A stretch of 64,000 nucleotides of DNA from an uncultured archaeon (GTDB lineage Archaea > Nanobdellota > Nanobdellia > Pacearchaeales > GW2011-AR1): assembly GCA_902385625.1 (NCBI GenBank), contig CABMGE010000014.1:84-64083 (forward strand), read 5' to 3'. A program made the translations under genes and the position numbers. Under the pieces are notes generated by a model. The model ran no database searches, had not been told where the DNA came from, and saw only the letters and a list, made by a program, of their open reading frames with translations. Of the stretch, positions 34,992 to 45,600 are shown one piece after another (position 1 is the first letter of the stretch; each line of letters begins with the position of its first letter).

Positions 34992-35912
34992 ATGCATATA
35001 AAAATGAAAATACCTATAAAATTTTTAGGAACAAGCAGTGCAATCCCTACCGAAAGTAGAAATCACATATCAATTCTTCTTAGCTATAAATCTGAAAACA
35101 TTTTGATTGATTGCGGAGAAGGAACTCAAAGGCAGTTTAGAAAGGCAAAATTAAATCCAGGACAAATAACAAGGCTCCTAATAACCCACTTTCATGGAGA
35201 TCATGTATTTGGAATTCCAGGATTATTTCATACCCTTGCACTAAACAATTACTCAAAAACTCTTTATATTTATGGTCCAAAAGGAACTAAAAAGTTTATT
35301 GACACTGTATTTAAAACTTTTATTAAAAATAAGAAAATAAAATATGAAGTTAAAGAGGTATTAGGAAAATTTTTTGAAACAGCAGACTTTAAGTTAACTG
35401 CTCTTCCGCTAGATCATGACACTCCCTGCAATGGCTATTTGTTTGAAGAAAAAGATAAATTAAGAATAAATAGAGAAAAGTTAAAAAAATTAAATATTCC
35501 TGAAAAATTTCCAGAACTCGCAAAATTAACCAAGGGACAAAACATAAAAATCAAAGGTAAAAAAATAGACTATAAAACTTTAACTTACAAACAAAAAGGA
35601 AAGAAGATTTCAATCATTCTTGATACAAAGATATGCAATAATGCAAAAAAACTTACAAAAGATTCTGATCTTGCAATAATTGAAGCGACATTTCTCGAGT
35701 CATCTGAAAAAGGAAAAGAACTTGCAGCAGAGTATAAACATTTAACAGCAAGGCAAGCAGCACAAATTGCAAAACAAGGAAATGTAAAACAGCTGGCACT
35801 TACTCATTTTTCACAAAGATATGAAAAAAAAGAAAATCTTATCTTAGAAGAGGCGAAAAAAGTTTTCAAAAATACAATACTTACAAATGATTTTGATACA
35901 TTAGAAATTTAA
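34992..35912 (+). CDS. rnz: Ribonuclease Z (tRNA 3' endonuclease), metallo-beta-lactamase fold
   Basis: KFLGTSSAIPT...NILIDCGEGTQRQ...LITHFHGDHVFGIPGL...LTHFSQRY. The HxHxDH motif is present. Confidence 0.85.
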   Translation: MHIKMKIPIKFLGTSSAIPTESRNHISILLSYKSENILIDCGEGTQRQFRKAKLNPGQITRLLITHFHGDHVFGIPGLFHTLALNNYSKTLYIYGPKGTKKFIDTVFKTFIKNKKIKYEVKEVLGKFFETADFKLTALPLDHDTPCNGYLFEEKDKLRINREKLKKLNIPEKFPELAKLTKGQNIKIKGKKIDYKTLTYKQKGKKISIILDTKICNNAKKLTKDSDLAIIEATFLESSEKGKELAAEYKHLTARQAAQIAKQGNVKQLALTHFSQRYEKKENLILEEAKKVFKNTILTNDFDTLEI

Positions 35913-36550
35913 GCAGCAGATTCAAGCATTATTTTTTTAGACTCAGGTCCTGCAAGGCTCATTAAATGATCATACAATCTTTCCATATCTTGAGAAGATA
36001 TAGGATCTTTTAATAAAAATTCTTTATAAGGTTGGCTTAAAACCCTGATATCATAAGCATTTCCTCTTGAGTTCAATTCCAGCCTGACAGCAAAAAAATA
36101 TTTTGCTTTTTCCTCTGGAAATATACTTTCAAACTCTGCACATGCGCGTTCATACTCCAACACTTCTTTTCTTGTTCTAACTTCTTCTTCAAAATTTTTT
36201 TTAGAAAAGGATTTTTCAGGCATTACAAATTTCATATATTTGCCTATATCCTTATGCATTATATGAATTTGTTCAGGGCTAAATCCTAGTGCTCTGCCTA
36301 AAGAATATCTTTGATAAGATGAAATATTTTCTTCTGCAAACTGCATTTCTAATTTTCTTTTAGCAAGTCCTGCAATTGAACCAGGTTTCTCAGTCATAGG
36401 AATTGGATAAGTTCCATTTATGATCCTGCTATATTGCAAAAAAGCAGGAGAAGCTCCGGAATAAAGAACTGGAAAAGGCTCTTTAAAAGTTAATTTATCT
36501 TTTAATGACCTGATTCTTTCCCTGAACAAGATTTTTTCTTTTGAAGCCAT
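35909..36550 (-). CDS. Hypothetical protein
   Basis: 213-aa ORF that overlaps the rnz stop by 4 nt, convergently. No family recognised. Confidence 0.4.
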   Translation of the reverse strand: MASKEKILFRERIRSLKDKLTFKEPFPVLYSGASPAFLQYSRIINGTYPIPMTEKPGSIAGLAKRKLEMQFAEENISSYQRYSLGRALGFSPEQIHIMHKDIGKYMKFVMPEKSFSKKNFEEEVRTRKEVLEYERACAEFESIFPEEKAKYFFAVRLELNSRGNAYDIRVLSQPYKEFLLKDPISSQDMERLYDHLMSLAGPESKKIMLESAA

Positions 36551-36826
36551 AATAACATTAATTTGATTTAGTTTAAAAATATTTATGAAACAACTAAGTT
36601 AATTTTTGCTTTTTTAGAAAAAATGACTTGAAGACTTAACAGAACAATTAATAATTCTTCTAAAAAGTCTTGCCAATAATTATTAGGTTTAGCTATTAAA
36701 AGATTATAAGTTATTTATTTTTAAATATTGTTGAAATATAAAACTTAATTCTTCGCCCAACTAAATACAAACATTCTAAAGAACTTTTCGACCGTGCTAT
36801 AATCAAAATAGGTCAAAGCTCAATTC

Positions 36827-37072
36827 TTATTTATTAGCCATACTTGCAGGCGAGATAAAGATTATTGTGTCGCCTCTTAAAAAAGTCAACCCAACGCTCC
36901 TTTTACTGTCATTCTCAACTATCTCTTTAGCATTGTCAAGCACAATATTAATGTGTATGTCAAATGCTAACAGAGTTCCGACCATCTGCCTGTTATTTTT
37001 CAGTTGAACTAACACTTCTTTTCCTTTTGCATTGTTCAACACGTCTAGTGGCCTCTCAATTCCGTTAACCAT
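36827..37072 (-). CDS. Sm-like (LSm / SmAP) RNA-binding protein
   Basis: 81 aa with PLDVLNNAKGKEVLVQLKNNRQMVGTLLAFDIHINIVLDNAKE...FLRGDTIIFISP (Sm1 and Sm2 motifs). Confidence 0.85.
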   Translation of the reverse strand: MVNGIERPLDVLNNAKGKEVLVQLKNNRQMVGTLLAFDIHINIVLDNAKEIVENDSKRSVGLTFLRGDTIIFISPASMANK

Positions 37073-37196
37073 AACAAAAAATCAATTAAGAGGTATTTAA
37101 ATCTTTCTAAAAAAGTTTAAAAAACAAGAAAACTCCGATAACAATTACAAAGGTTCAAATCAAAATCTTACAAGAATTAAAAATTCAGTATCGAAA

Positions 37197-37215
37197 ATTT
37201 TGAAACATTCAAAAT
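37197..37215. promoter_or_regulatory. Palindrome ATTTTGAA-ACA-TTCAAAAT upstream of S8e
   Basis: Same 8-nt arms as 4096-4115 and 5108-5127, but in swapped order. Ends 7 nt before the TATA box. Confidence 0.45.
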
Positions 37216-37222
37216 AGAAACC

Positions 37223-37230
37223 TTTAAATA
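37223..37230 (+). promoter_or_regulatory. TATA box TTTAAATA 30 nt upstream of S8e ATG
   Basis: Octamer and spacing are identical to the S17e promoter. Confidence 0.5.
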
Positions 37231-37252
37231 ACAATTTTCTCTTGAAATTCTC

Positions 37253-37621
37253 ATGGCATACGGAAGAAAAATAACTGGAGGAAAATACAAAAAGTTTTCA
37301 AAAAAGAAAAAGTATTCTCTTTCAGGAATACCAAGAAAAGCAAAACTAGGAAAAACAAAAACAAAAATACTAAGAGGTATGGGCGGAAATACTAGAACAG
37401 TTCTTCTTGCTTGCGACTCTGTAAATGTAATTGATCCAAAAACAAAAAAAACAAAAAAAGTCAAAATAAAAAACGTTTTGGAAACACCAGCAGATAAGTT
37501 CCTTGCAAGACAAAATATTCTAGTTAAAGGCGCTTTAATTGAAACAGACCTTGGAAAGGCAAAAATAACTAACAGACCAAGCCAAGAAGGTCAAGTCAAT
37601 GCTATTCTCTTAAAAGAATAA
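37253..37621 (+). CDS. rps8e: 30S ribosomal protein S8e (eS8)
   Basis: 122 aa with MAYGRKITGGKYKKFSKKKKY...VLETPADKFLARQNILVKGALIET, typical archaeal S8e. Confidence 0.85.
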   Translation: MAYGRKITGGKYKKFSKKKKYSLSGIPRKAKLGKTKTKILRGMGGNTRTVLLACDSVNVIDPKTKKTKKVKIKNVLETPADKFLARQNILVKGALIETDLGKAKITNRPSQEGQVNAILLKE

Positions 37622-37692
37622 TTCTTCTCCTCGATAATAGAAAGCTTTATATACTAGAAATGACCCTTTTTATTTATAAACTTTACTAAACG

Positions 37693-37700
37693 TTTATAAA
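37693..37700 (+). promoter_or_regulatory. TATA box TTTATAAA 26 nt upstream of the TFB ATG
   Basis: A/T box at the expected distance for a leaderless transcript. Confidence 0.4.
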
Positions 37701-37718
37701 AGGTTATACGAAATTAAT

Positions 37719-38666
37719 ATGAGTACAAGCGTCAAACGATGTCCTGAATGTGGTGGAATAAATCTTAATTGGGATGAACAAAGAGGAGAAGTTTACTGTA
37801 ACGACTGCGGAACAGTTGTTGAAGAAAAAATGGTAGATTCTTCCCAGGAGTTACAAGGAAGTTTTGAATCAGGAGATAAAAAAGGACGTGGTGGAGCACC
37901 ATTATCAATGCAAAAATTTGATAAAGGACTTACAACAAATGTTGGAGAGATTTCTGATATCTATAAACTCGACGCAGGTTCAACTAGAAAATTCTTAAGA
38001 CTTAAAAAATGGCAAGAAAGAGTTTCAACTTCTATTGAAAGAAATTTAAGGCTTGCAATGACTGAATTAAGACGTGTTGCATCATTCTTAAATCTTCCAG
38101 AAGTTGTAAAAGATGAAGCTTCACGAATATACCAGTTTGTATTGCAAAGAGGACTTGTTCGTGGAAGATCAATGGAGTCAGTAATCGCAGCCTGTATCTA
38201 CGCAGCATGTCGTTCCTATGATATCCCAAGAACACTTGATGAAATTTCAGCTGCATCTGATGTTGAAAGAAAAGAAATAGGAAGAACCTACAGATTCATA
38301 ATAAGAAAGCTAGGAATAAAAGTTACTCCTTCAAGTCCAAAGGATTACATTCATAGATTTGCATCAGTACTAAAACTTTCACCTAAAACACAAAACGAAG
38401 CATTAAAAATACTTAAAAAAGCAGAAGGAAGTGAACTTACAAGTGGAAGAGGTCCTGCAGGAATTGCAGCAGCAGGATTGTATGTTGCAGCTTTACTCAA
38501 CAATGAAAAAAAGACTCAAAGAGAAGTTGCAGATGTTGCAGGAATTACAGAAGTAACTATTCGAAACAGATATAAAGAACTTCTCGAAAAGTTAGAGCTT
38601 GAAGAAAAATTAAAGATCAAAGAAGCAGAGACAAAAGCTGCGAAAAAGAAAGAAAAAGAAGAATAA
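37719..38666 (+). CDS. tfb: Transcription initiation factor IIB (TFB)
   Basis: 315 aa with N-terminal zinc ribbon CPECGG...CNDCG, B-linker and two cyclin folds (SVIAACIYAACRSYDIPRTLDEI...GIAAAGLYVAALL...TQREVADVAGITEVTIRNRYKEL). Confidence 0.95.
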   Translation: MSTSVKRCPECGGINLNWDEQRGEVYCNDCGTVVEEKMVDSSQELQGSFESGDKKGRGGAPLSMQKFDKGLTTNVGEISDIYKLDAGSTRKFLRLKKWQERVSTSIERNLRLAMTELRRVASFLNLPEVVKDEASRIYQFVLQRGLVRGRSMESVIAACIYAACRSYDIPRTLDEISAASDVERKEIGRTYRFIIRKLGIKVTPSSPKDYIHRFASVLKLSPKTQNEALKILKKAEGSELTSGRGPAGIAAAGLYVAALLNNEKKTQREVADVAGITEVTIRNRYKELLEKLELEEKLKIKEAETKAAKKKEKEE

Positions 38667-38680
38667 TTTTTAGATTCAAA

Positions 38681-38959
38681 ATGATAACAATTCAGTTTAA
38701 ATTAGGGATTGCTATGATTATTTTCGGAATTATATTAGTCATTATAAGAAAACCTTATTCAAAATTTATTGCCAAATGTAGAACCAATTTCAGTATAGGA
38801 GGGTGGATAGCAAAAAAAGGAAAATACAATAAGGAATTTTACGATTATGATAGAAAATGGAGGTATGCCACTATTTTTTGGTTGGGAATTTTAGGAATTA
38901 TTGCAGGCATAATTATGATAATAATGAGTTTACTAAATCTACGAATTTTAGGATTATGA
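38681..38959 (+). CDS. Small two-helix membrane protein
   Basis: 92-aa ORF with two hydrophobic helices. Ends in TGA. Confidence 0.4.
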   Translation: MITIQFKLGIAMIIFGIILVIIRKPYSKFIAKCRTNFSIGGWIAKKGKYNKEFYDYDRKWRYATIFWLGILGIIAGIIMIIMSLLNLRILGL

Positions 38960-39039
38960 AAATAATCTCGAAAACAACAAATTAATTAATTCTAAAAATT
39001 AGTTACCTTTTTAACCCCCAAATTTCTAGTTTAATTACT

Positions 39040-39121
39040 GCGGGGATGCCGGAGCGGTCAAACGGGCATGGCTTAGGACCATGTGCTTAGTGCTACATAG
39101 GTTCAAATCCTATTCCCCGCA
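39040..39121 (+). tRNA. tRNA-Leu (TAG), class II with long variable arm
   Basis: Acceptor GCGGGGA/TCCCCGC, anticodon stem CATGG/CCATG, loop CTTAGGA, 13-nt variable arm, T arm ATAGG-TTCAAAT-CCTAT. Confidence 0.9.
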
Positions 39122-39177
39122 TTTAATATTAAGTATTCCAAACATTAAGATTAATCTAAACAAATTATCAAAGAATT

Positions 39178-39504
39178 TTATTTCCTTCGTCTGTCACTTA
39201 GATGCATTTTATGCTCAATCTCAGTGTTAAGTTTTTCAATTATCTTACGAATTCCCTTAACTAAATCTCGCTCAGTTACATTTGCCTCAAAAAATTGTTT
39301 TGAAGATTTTGCTTTTTCAAAACAAAAAAGCCTTGCAGATATCTCAAACTCATTTGTCTTTACTTTGCCATATTTTTTAATATTAATTTCAAGACTAGTT
39401 TCTTCCCCAATTTTTCTTTCCAACTTCTCACAGTCCTTGTTTATAAGATTCTCTACCTCTTCGGTTTTATCTTTCTCATCAAGACCTATTATTTTTATAT
39501 TCAT
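39178..39504 (-). CDS. Possible ribosome hibernation factor (HPF/RaiA, S30AE-like)
   Basis: 108 aa. The alternating pattern MNIKIIGLD...VENLINKDCEKLERKIG...LEINIKKYGK...FEISARL...FEANVTERDLVKGIRKIIEKLNTEIEHKMH resembles the beta-alpha-beta-beta-beta-alpha HPF layout. Assigned by pattern only. Confidence 0.35.
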   Translation of the reverse strand: MNIKIIGLDEKDKTEEVENLINKDCEKLERKIGEETSLEINIKKYGKVKTNEFEISARLFCFEKAKSSKQFFEANVTERDLVKGIRKIIEKLNTEIEHKMHLSDRRRK

Positions 39505-39626
39505 TTTATCCTTTTTATAAGTAAATAATCATTGTAATTTATAAGCTTTGGCTTTTTCAATTATCATCAAATCCAAGCGAGAGCTTTCCATACTCCAAAG
39601 AGCGTGGTTAGATTTTTAGCCTGTAT

Positions 39627-42600
39627 CTATTTTAAACTATTTTCCCAGTAAGTGCAATCAATTTTGTCGTTTACAGTATTAAATGCCCTTGATTTTGTCT
39701 CGCCGTATATAACTAAACCTGCACTGAAGAAATATCCACCCTCAGAGTTCTGCATAACTCGTGTTACAAATAACTTCAAACCATCATTGCAGGATTTTCC
39801 ATCAAGGCTTTTCATAAATGCCTGATTTTTAGCACTTAAATCAGTTCCAGCATCCAATACTAATTTCCAGTCGGGAGAGGTTAGACTTTTTTGAGATGAA
39901 AAATACCACTTTCCATCGTTTTTATCAAAAGTATAAAATAAATTTGATCCAGATGTACCGTCCTGAAACTCAAAAACAAGAGGTCTTGAGTTTAAATTAG
40001 CAGTATTAGAAGTAGTATCAGTTACAGTTGAAGTTGAACCAGTAAACTCAAAACTTTCACTATCAGAAACACTGCTATAATCAGAACTTACAGGAATAGG
40101 AGGAACTCCTGTTGAAACATTTGAATTAGAAGATACATCAAGACGAGGCAAAAGACTCTCTGCAACTTTCCGATAAAGATTTGCCATTAAATACAATGCT
40201 CTTGCCCGATACACATTATTACTTGCAACCTTTGACAATTTATCAAGATCAGTAACAATAGCACTTGTCTTGCTTTGAATAGTTTCTCTTGTATCTGCCT
40301 TTGAAATTGATAAGGAGTTAATAGCACTCTCTGCACTGTTTGAAACAGTCATACTCATTTCATCAGTCCAGAAATTAGCTTCACCCAAAATACTTAAGTC
40401 AACATTTTGTAAAACAGAATTTTTTATATCTGAATTTTTAATTACATTCTTAACTGAATTTGTATCAAGCCAGCATTTTATTGTAGGATCATCACAATAA
40501 CCAACTTGCTTCCATCGATCATATGAAGAGTTTGTATTATCAACCTGTCCATTTGTAAGAACTTTTTTTCCAGGATTTTCACTTGAACAAACCCTTATTA
40601 TTCCCTGATTATATATTTGAGGATTGTTTGCCTGCTCAGCAGAAACCTGTGCATTCAGATTAAATACACTATTTGTAATTCCAGGTGTTCCTGCAACGCA
40701 CTCGCTTTCTGCAGTTATTCCGGTCTTTAATTGATCTTGCGCATAAGTGTCAGACATGCTATTTAATGCATAAGAAGTTGTTACCTTTCCAAAACCGCAT
40801 TCATCTTTTCCATTTACATTTATGCATAACTGCTTATATCCTGAAGGTGCAATAAAGTCTTTTGCCTCATCAGCTGAAGCTCCAATTGCAATATAACCAT
40901 TTGAAACAAGATAAGTTTGACCTGAAACCTGGTTCATATCGGGAATATCTTTAAGGTAAACATTATAATTTGCTCCATAATCATTTCCAGCATAAATATG
41001 ATAATATACTTTGTAATGGGATGTTGGAGGAATAGTTGCAGTAGTCATAACATCTTCGCTAAACCAGGCAGTATATTGCGGAGGACTGTCAGGTTCTATT
41101 AATCTGTTTAATGCCTGTGATGCAGCCTCAGCAAAACCTGCAGAGCTATTCTGGGTAAATAATCTGCAATAGTCAGTGCCTGCAGAATCAAGCGAACGCA
41201 TATTAAATGCCTGCATGGAATTACTTGCATACTGATTATTAAAATAACTAATAGCACCATTCATATTATCCCATGCGCCCTGAACAGTTGTATATTCTCC
41301 ACCGCCTCTTACTCCCTGCCCATACATAGATTGAAGCATGTTAGGAATTATCTGATTTAAAAAAGGAATAGTCTGTTTCCAGAAAAATTCACAAATATAA
41401 ACACTTTTTATTTCATCACAAATTCCAATATTTCTTCCTGTTTTTAGACTCTCATCCAAACAATCTGCAGTAGAATTTAAAATGCTTATATAACTCTCAA
41501 GCCCTGCATGAACTCCTGTAAGGCATATTGGAATAGCAACTCCTTCCCTCATATTAGGAAGACAAAGTGTTAAGCTTCCAATAATTCCAGATTGAAGTAC
41601 ATTATCCACCTTATATTTTCCTCCAAGATCACATCTTGATGCAGGACAAATAACAGGATCACAAACATTGAATAAAACATTACAATCAGTAGGACTCATA
41701 AAATCAGTACATCTTCCTTCTGATCCTCCAAATGACTTTCCAGAACCAAAAGATCTTCCATTAACATTAACTTTAGTCTTTCCATATTGTTTTGCAGCAT
41801 CAATTATTGCTTGCTGTGCTTTTACAACTAGATTTCTTGCATCAGAAGAACTCATTCCAGGAAAGTTTATTTCAGCACCAGTCATAGTATTGTAATATCT
41901 GCAAATATCATCTCCGCTTTTCTTGAATTCAATAAGCCCATTTGGACCTACATTACAAACATAAAAATTAACAGCTCTTCCAGATTCATCATAAGGAACT
42001 CCAAACCCTCCGATAATATAAGTTAATTCAACATACCATCCACCTTCAACATCAAATGGAACCTCTGAAGGAAGCCCCTTAAAAGGAGCTGTCTCAAAAT
42101 ATTTTACAAGCTGCCCCTCTGAATTTGAAATAGTATTGTGATAAGTTTGTGAATTAGTTTCTTTTATTCTATCAAGTCCAGCAAGACTCATATAATTTCT
42201 AACAGATTCAAGTGATTTCCCAGTTACAGGCTTTCCATCAACAGTATAAATTTTTCCATTATTTTTTGTAGTATAGGTTCCACCTTTTTCAGAATTTACA
42301 ACCTCAACTAAAACTTCTTTTCCGGCAACTTCACTATCAGCTTCAAAAGTCTTTGTACCAAAAATCTTTTTACTTGGAATATAAACTCTTACTACGCTTG
42401 AACCAGCATTGAAATTTTTGTAAAGATCATTGCTAGAATCCCCCTTTCCAATTTTCTTGACATCACCTAAGACAAAATTATCTCCTGCAGGATTAAGGGT
42501 GGAAATTCCAAGGCCATATTGTTTTGTATTTTGTTCAGTCTGAGTCTGCACCTTTTTCAAATCATTGTAATTTTTTGCAGAAAGAATTGTTTGTCCAAGT

Positions 42601-45600
42601 TCTTTATCTGCAACACTAGTAAGAACCGAGCTTCCACCTGCATTTTTCATGTTATAATAAGTCATTATATCTCTTCTCTGTTCCTGAGTCATTCCATCCC
42701 ATGAACAAAGTCCATCTTGTCCATTAATTGAAATTGAAGTTTTTTCCTTATCAGGAAGAGATACACTGCCTTTTGCATCCTTGCAAAAACTATCGAATTT
42801 CTTTTTGAATTCTTCTTCAACTTTTTTTGAATCAACTTGACCTTGGAGGTCTAAAATACTTCCAGACTTTACTCCAACCTGTTTTTCAATATCCTGTATT
42901 ATTTTATTTGTACTCTTTATATTATCTGAATAAATCTTAACATCTTTATCAATATCAGAACTTTTATCCAAAAGACACTGCTGCAAACTTTGGTATTTGT
43001 TTTCACTTACAAGTTTTTCGCAAACTTCATTCCATCCTCCAGCACTGGTCATGATAGTGGTTCTTCCCATTGCACCGCCTTCTGCACCCTCCAAAAGATT
43101 ATTAATAGTAAGTGCAGATGAAGCAGCAAAACAAGCAGCTTTCATTGCTGAAACAACAGTCCCTAATTTTTGATTAATGCTTGTCCACTGTTCTATACTG
43201 GCTCTTAAAGCATCAATCATTGCTTTTGTCTGATCAGGAGTTAATTGAATTGATCTTTTTTCAATTTGAATTTTAAAATCAAAATTAGATTCTGCGCGAG
43301 GTCCAAAATCTTTAGGAAGTATTTCTACTTTTGCCTGTTTGTTTAAATTTATACGAACAATTTTAACATTAGTTCCTTCAAACATTGTCTGGCCATTCAT
43401 ATCCAGTCTTTCTGTTTTTGAAACAGGAGAAGATGGAGCTCCTGAAGAATTTGTGCCTGTCCTGTCATATTTTAAAACCACATAATTTTCTTCTATTCCC
43501 TTAACCTGAATTGTCTTTGTTCCACGATCATCTTTTATTGTTTTTATGTCTTCAAGACCCATTGTTTCTTCTTTACCATCAATTAAAAGTAAAGTACTAA
43601 GGTCTGTTCTTGAAGGCTTTTTTAAATTAAGTAATTCAATATAATAAGGTTCATTATTAATTACAATATTTGTTTTTGAATTAGTCAAATCATACTTCAT
43701 GACCATATCCCTCTCACTCATTATTGATTTTGCAATTCCAGAATCAGGATATTTTTGTACAAGTTTATCATAAAATTCAGTTGATTTTGCATTCATTCCA
43801 AATGCTTTTGACATTTTGGCAGCCTCATATAAACCAACAGCTGCATAAGGGTCTTCAGTTGAAATTCTTCTTTCATTTGGATAGAAATCAACAAGGTCCT
43901 GATAAGTATTTGCAGCCTTGTCATAATATTCCTTGGCAAGAGTTTCAGAACCAGTTATGTCTTCAGAAATCCAATCTTTGTCTTTTGCAAAATAGGCCTC
44001 ATCAAGAGAAATTCCAAAAGCCTGTTTTTTCTCAGCAACTACCTGAACTTCAAGATTTTTATCAACAAGAGAATATAATTGTGAATTTAATTTTTTCCTG
44101 TACTGATCTTGAACTGCTTTTTTTATTAAACTGTCAAGATCATTTATTGTTTTTCCACCTGTTCTTGCAATTTTATCAATCGTATCATAAACTTGCTTAT
44201 CTGCAAATTCAATTTGTGTTGAAGAAAAATCATCCCTTATTAAAACAGCATATTTCCGATTATTGGAATCCTGTCCAAGATAAGCGAGATAAATATTTTT
44301 GTCTGGAGAAATCTTATCTCCAAGAGCAAAATCTTTTAGATTCTCATTAATATTAAAACTAGCTTTTCCAGGATTAAGGCTCAGGTCAATTCTCCCATTT
44401 TTTGCAGGACAACTTAAACTTACCTTTCCTCCACCATTAGAAGTTTGCAGATCAATAACTCTGCACTGATTATTTATTATTCTGTCTCCTTTTGAAACCC
44501 AAATTTGTTCATCATTTACCTGAAGTAATGCACTATCTACAGGAGCACCTATTCTATCAAGCCTGATATTCATTCCAGCAGCACAATAAAATCCATTTAG
44601 ATAAATATCTTTTGAAGTCTCTCCTTCCATCAAAGTTATTGTAGACTGCTTGGTATTTGCATCTCCATAAACCGAAATAGTTGCCCTATCAGATTCAATT
44701 GCATCTGCACGAAGATATGCTTTTCCATTCCAAAATGAATAACCTTTGTAACCTGAGGCCCATTCACCGTCATTAATTTCAGATAAATAAAAATTAGAAT
44801 TTCCAATTCCATATGCCCCAGAACTGTCATATTCCATTACAGCCGTGATATTTCCAGAAATTATATCAGGCATATCTTTCTCAGCAGGAATACTTGATAA
44901 AACAACAACCATATACCCCATATCAGTATTGACAGGAGAACTTGTAAATGCATTATTTATTCCATTATTAGTTTGAAGTGCAGACCGAGCAGGAAAATAA
45001 CTTATTCCAGAAATTCCTTTTGGATATTGACCTTTAAAACTAATGCTTCTAACTTTAGTTACATCAATTAAAGGATTTGCTTTTATTGTCATTACCTTAC
45101 AAAAAACAGGAACATTTTGCTCTTCAAGCAAATCACTTCTAACAATTGCAGGACTGCATCCACCAGGAACTATTTGGAGTATAACATCTTTTCTTTCCAT
45201 ACAATTTTGAGTATTATAATTACTCCAAAGACTACTTGCAGAAAGATATTGACTTCCTCCATAACTTGAAGAAGTAAATTGCGGATTTGATGAAGAACCA
45301 TATAATGTATATCCTGCATAATTACTTGAACCATATGCACTATTATAACCATAAGTGTTATAATTTGTATTTATTCCACTAGATCCATATGCTCCATTAT
45401 AGCCAATACCAGTATTATATCCTGTGTTGTATCCAGTATTATAATTTGAAACATATTGGCCATTTACATAATTTCGATTATAATTTCCATTGTAATAAGA
45501 AGAATAAGGATCATAATTATAGTTATATCCATAAGGGCTAGATCCTGTGTTGTATCCAGTATTATAACCTGTATTGTAACCCATACCAGTATTATATCCA

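Noticed and set aside
43724-44350. 208-aa plus-strand ORF antisense to the 2043-aa gene. Similar antisense ORFs lie at 57807-58421, 59325-59618, 59630-60001, 59964-60341, 62700-63011 and 37177-37464.
   Set aside because: Their low-complexity composition (Q/L/F- or S/F/I-rich) is typical of the reverse strand of K/E/N-rich AT-rich genes. Each is fully contained in a better-supported gene on the other strand: GINS, ftsY, srp54 or S8e.
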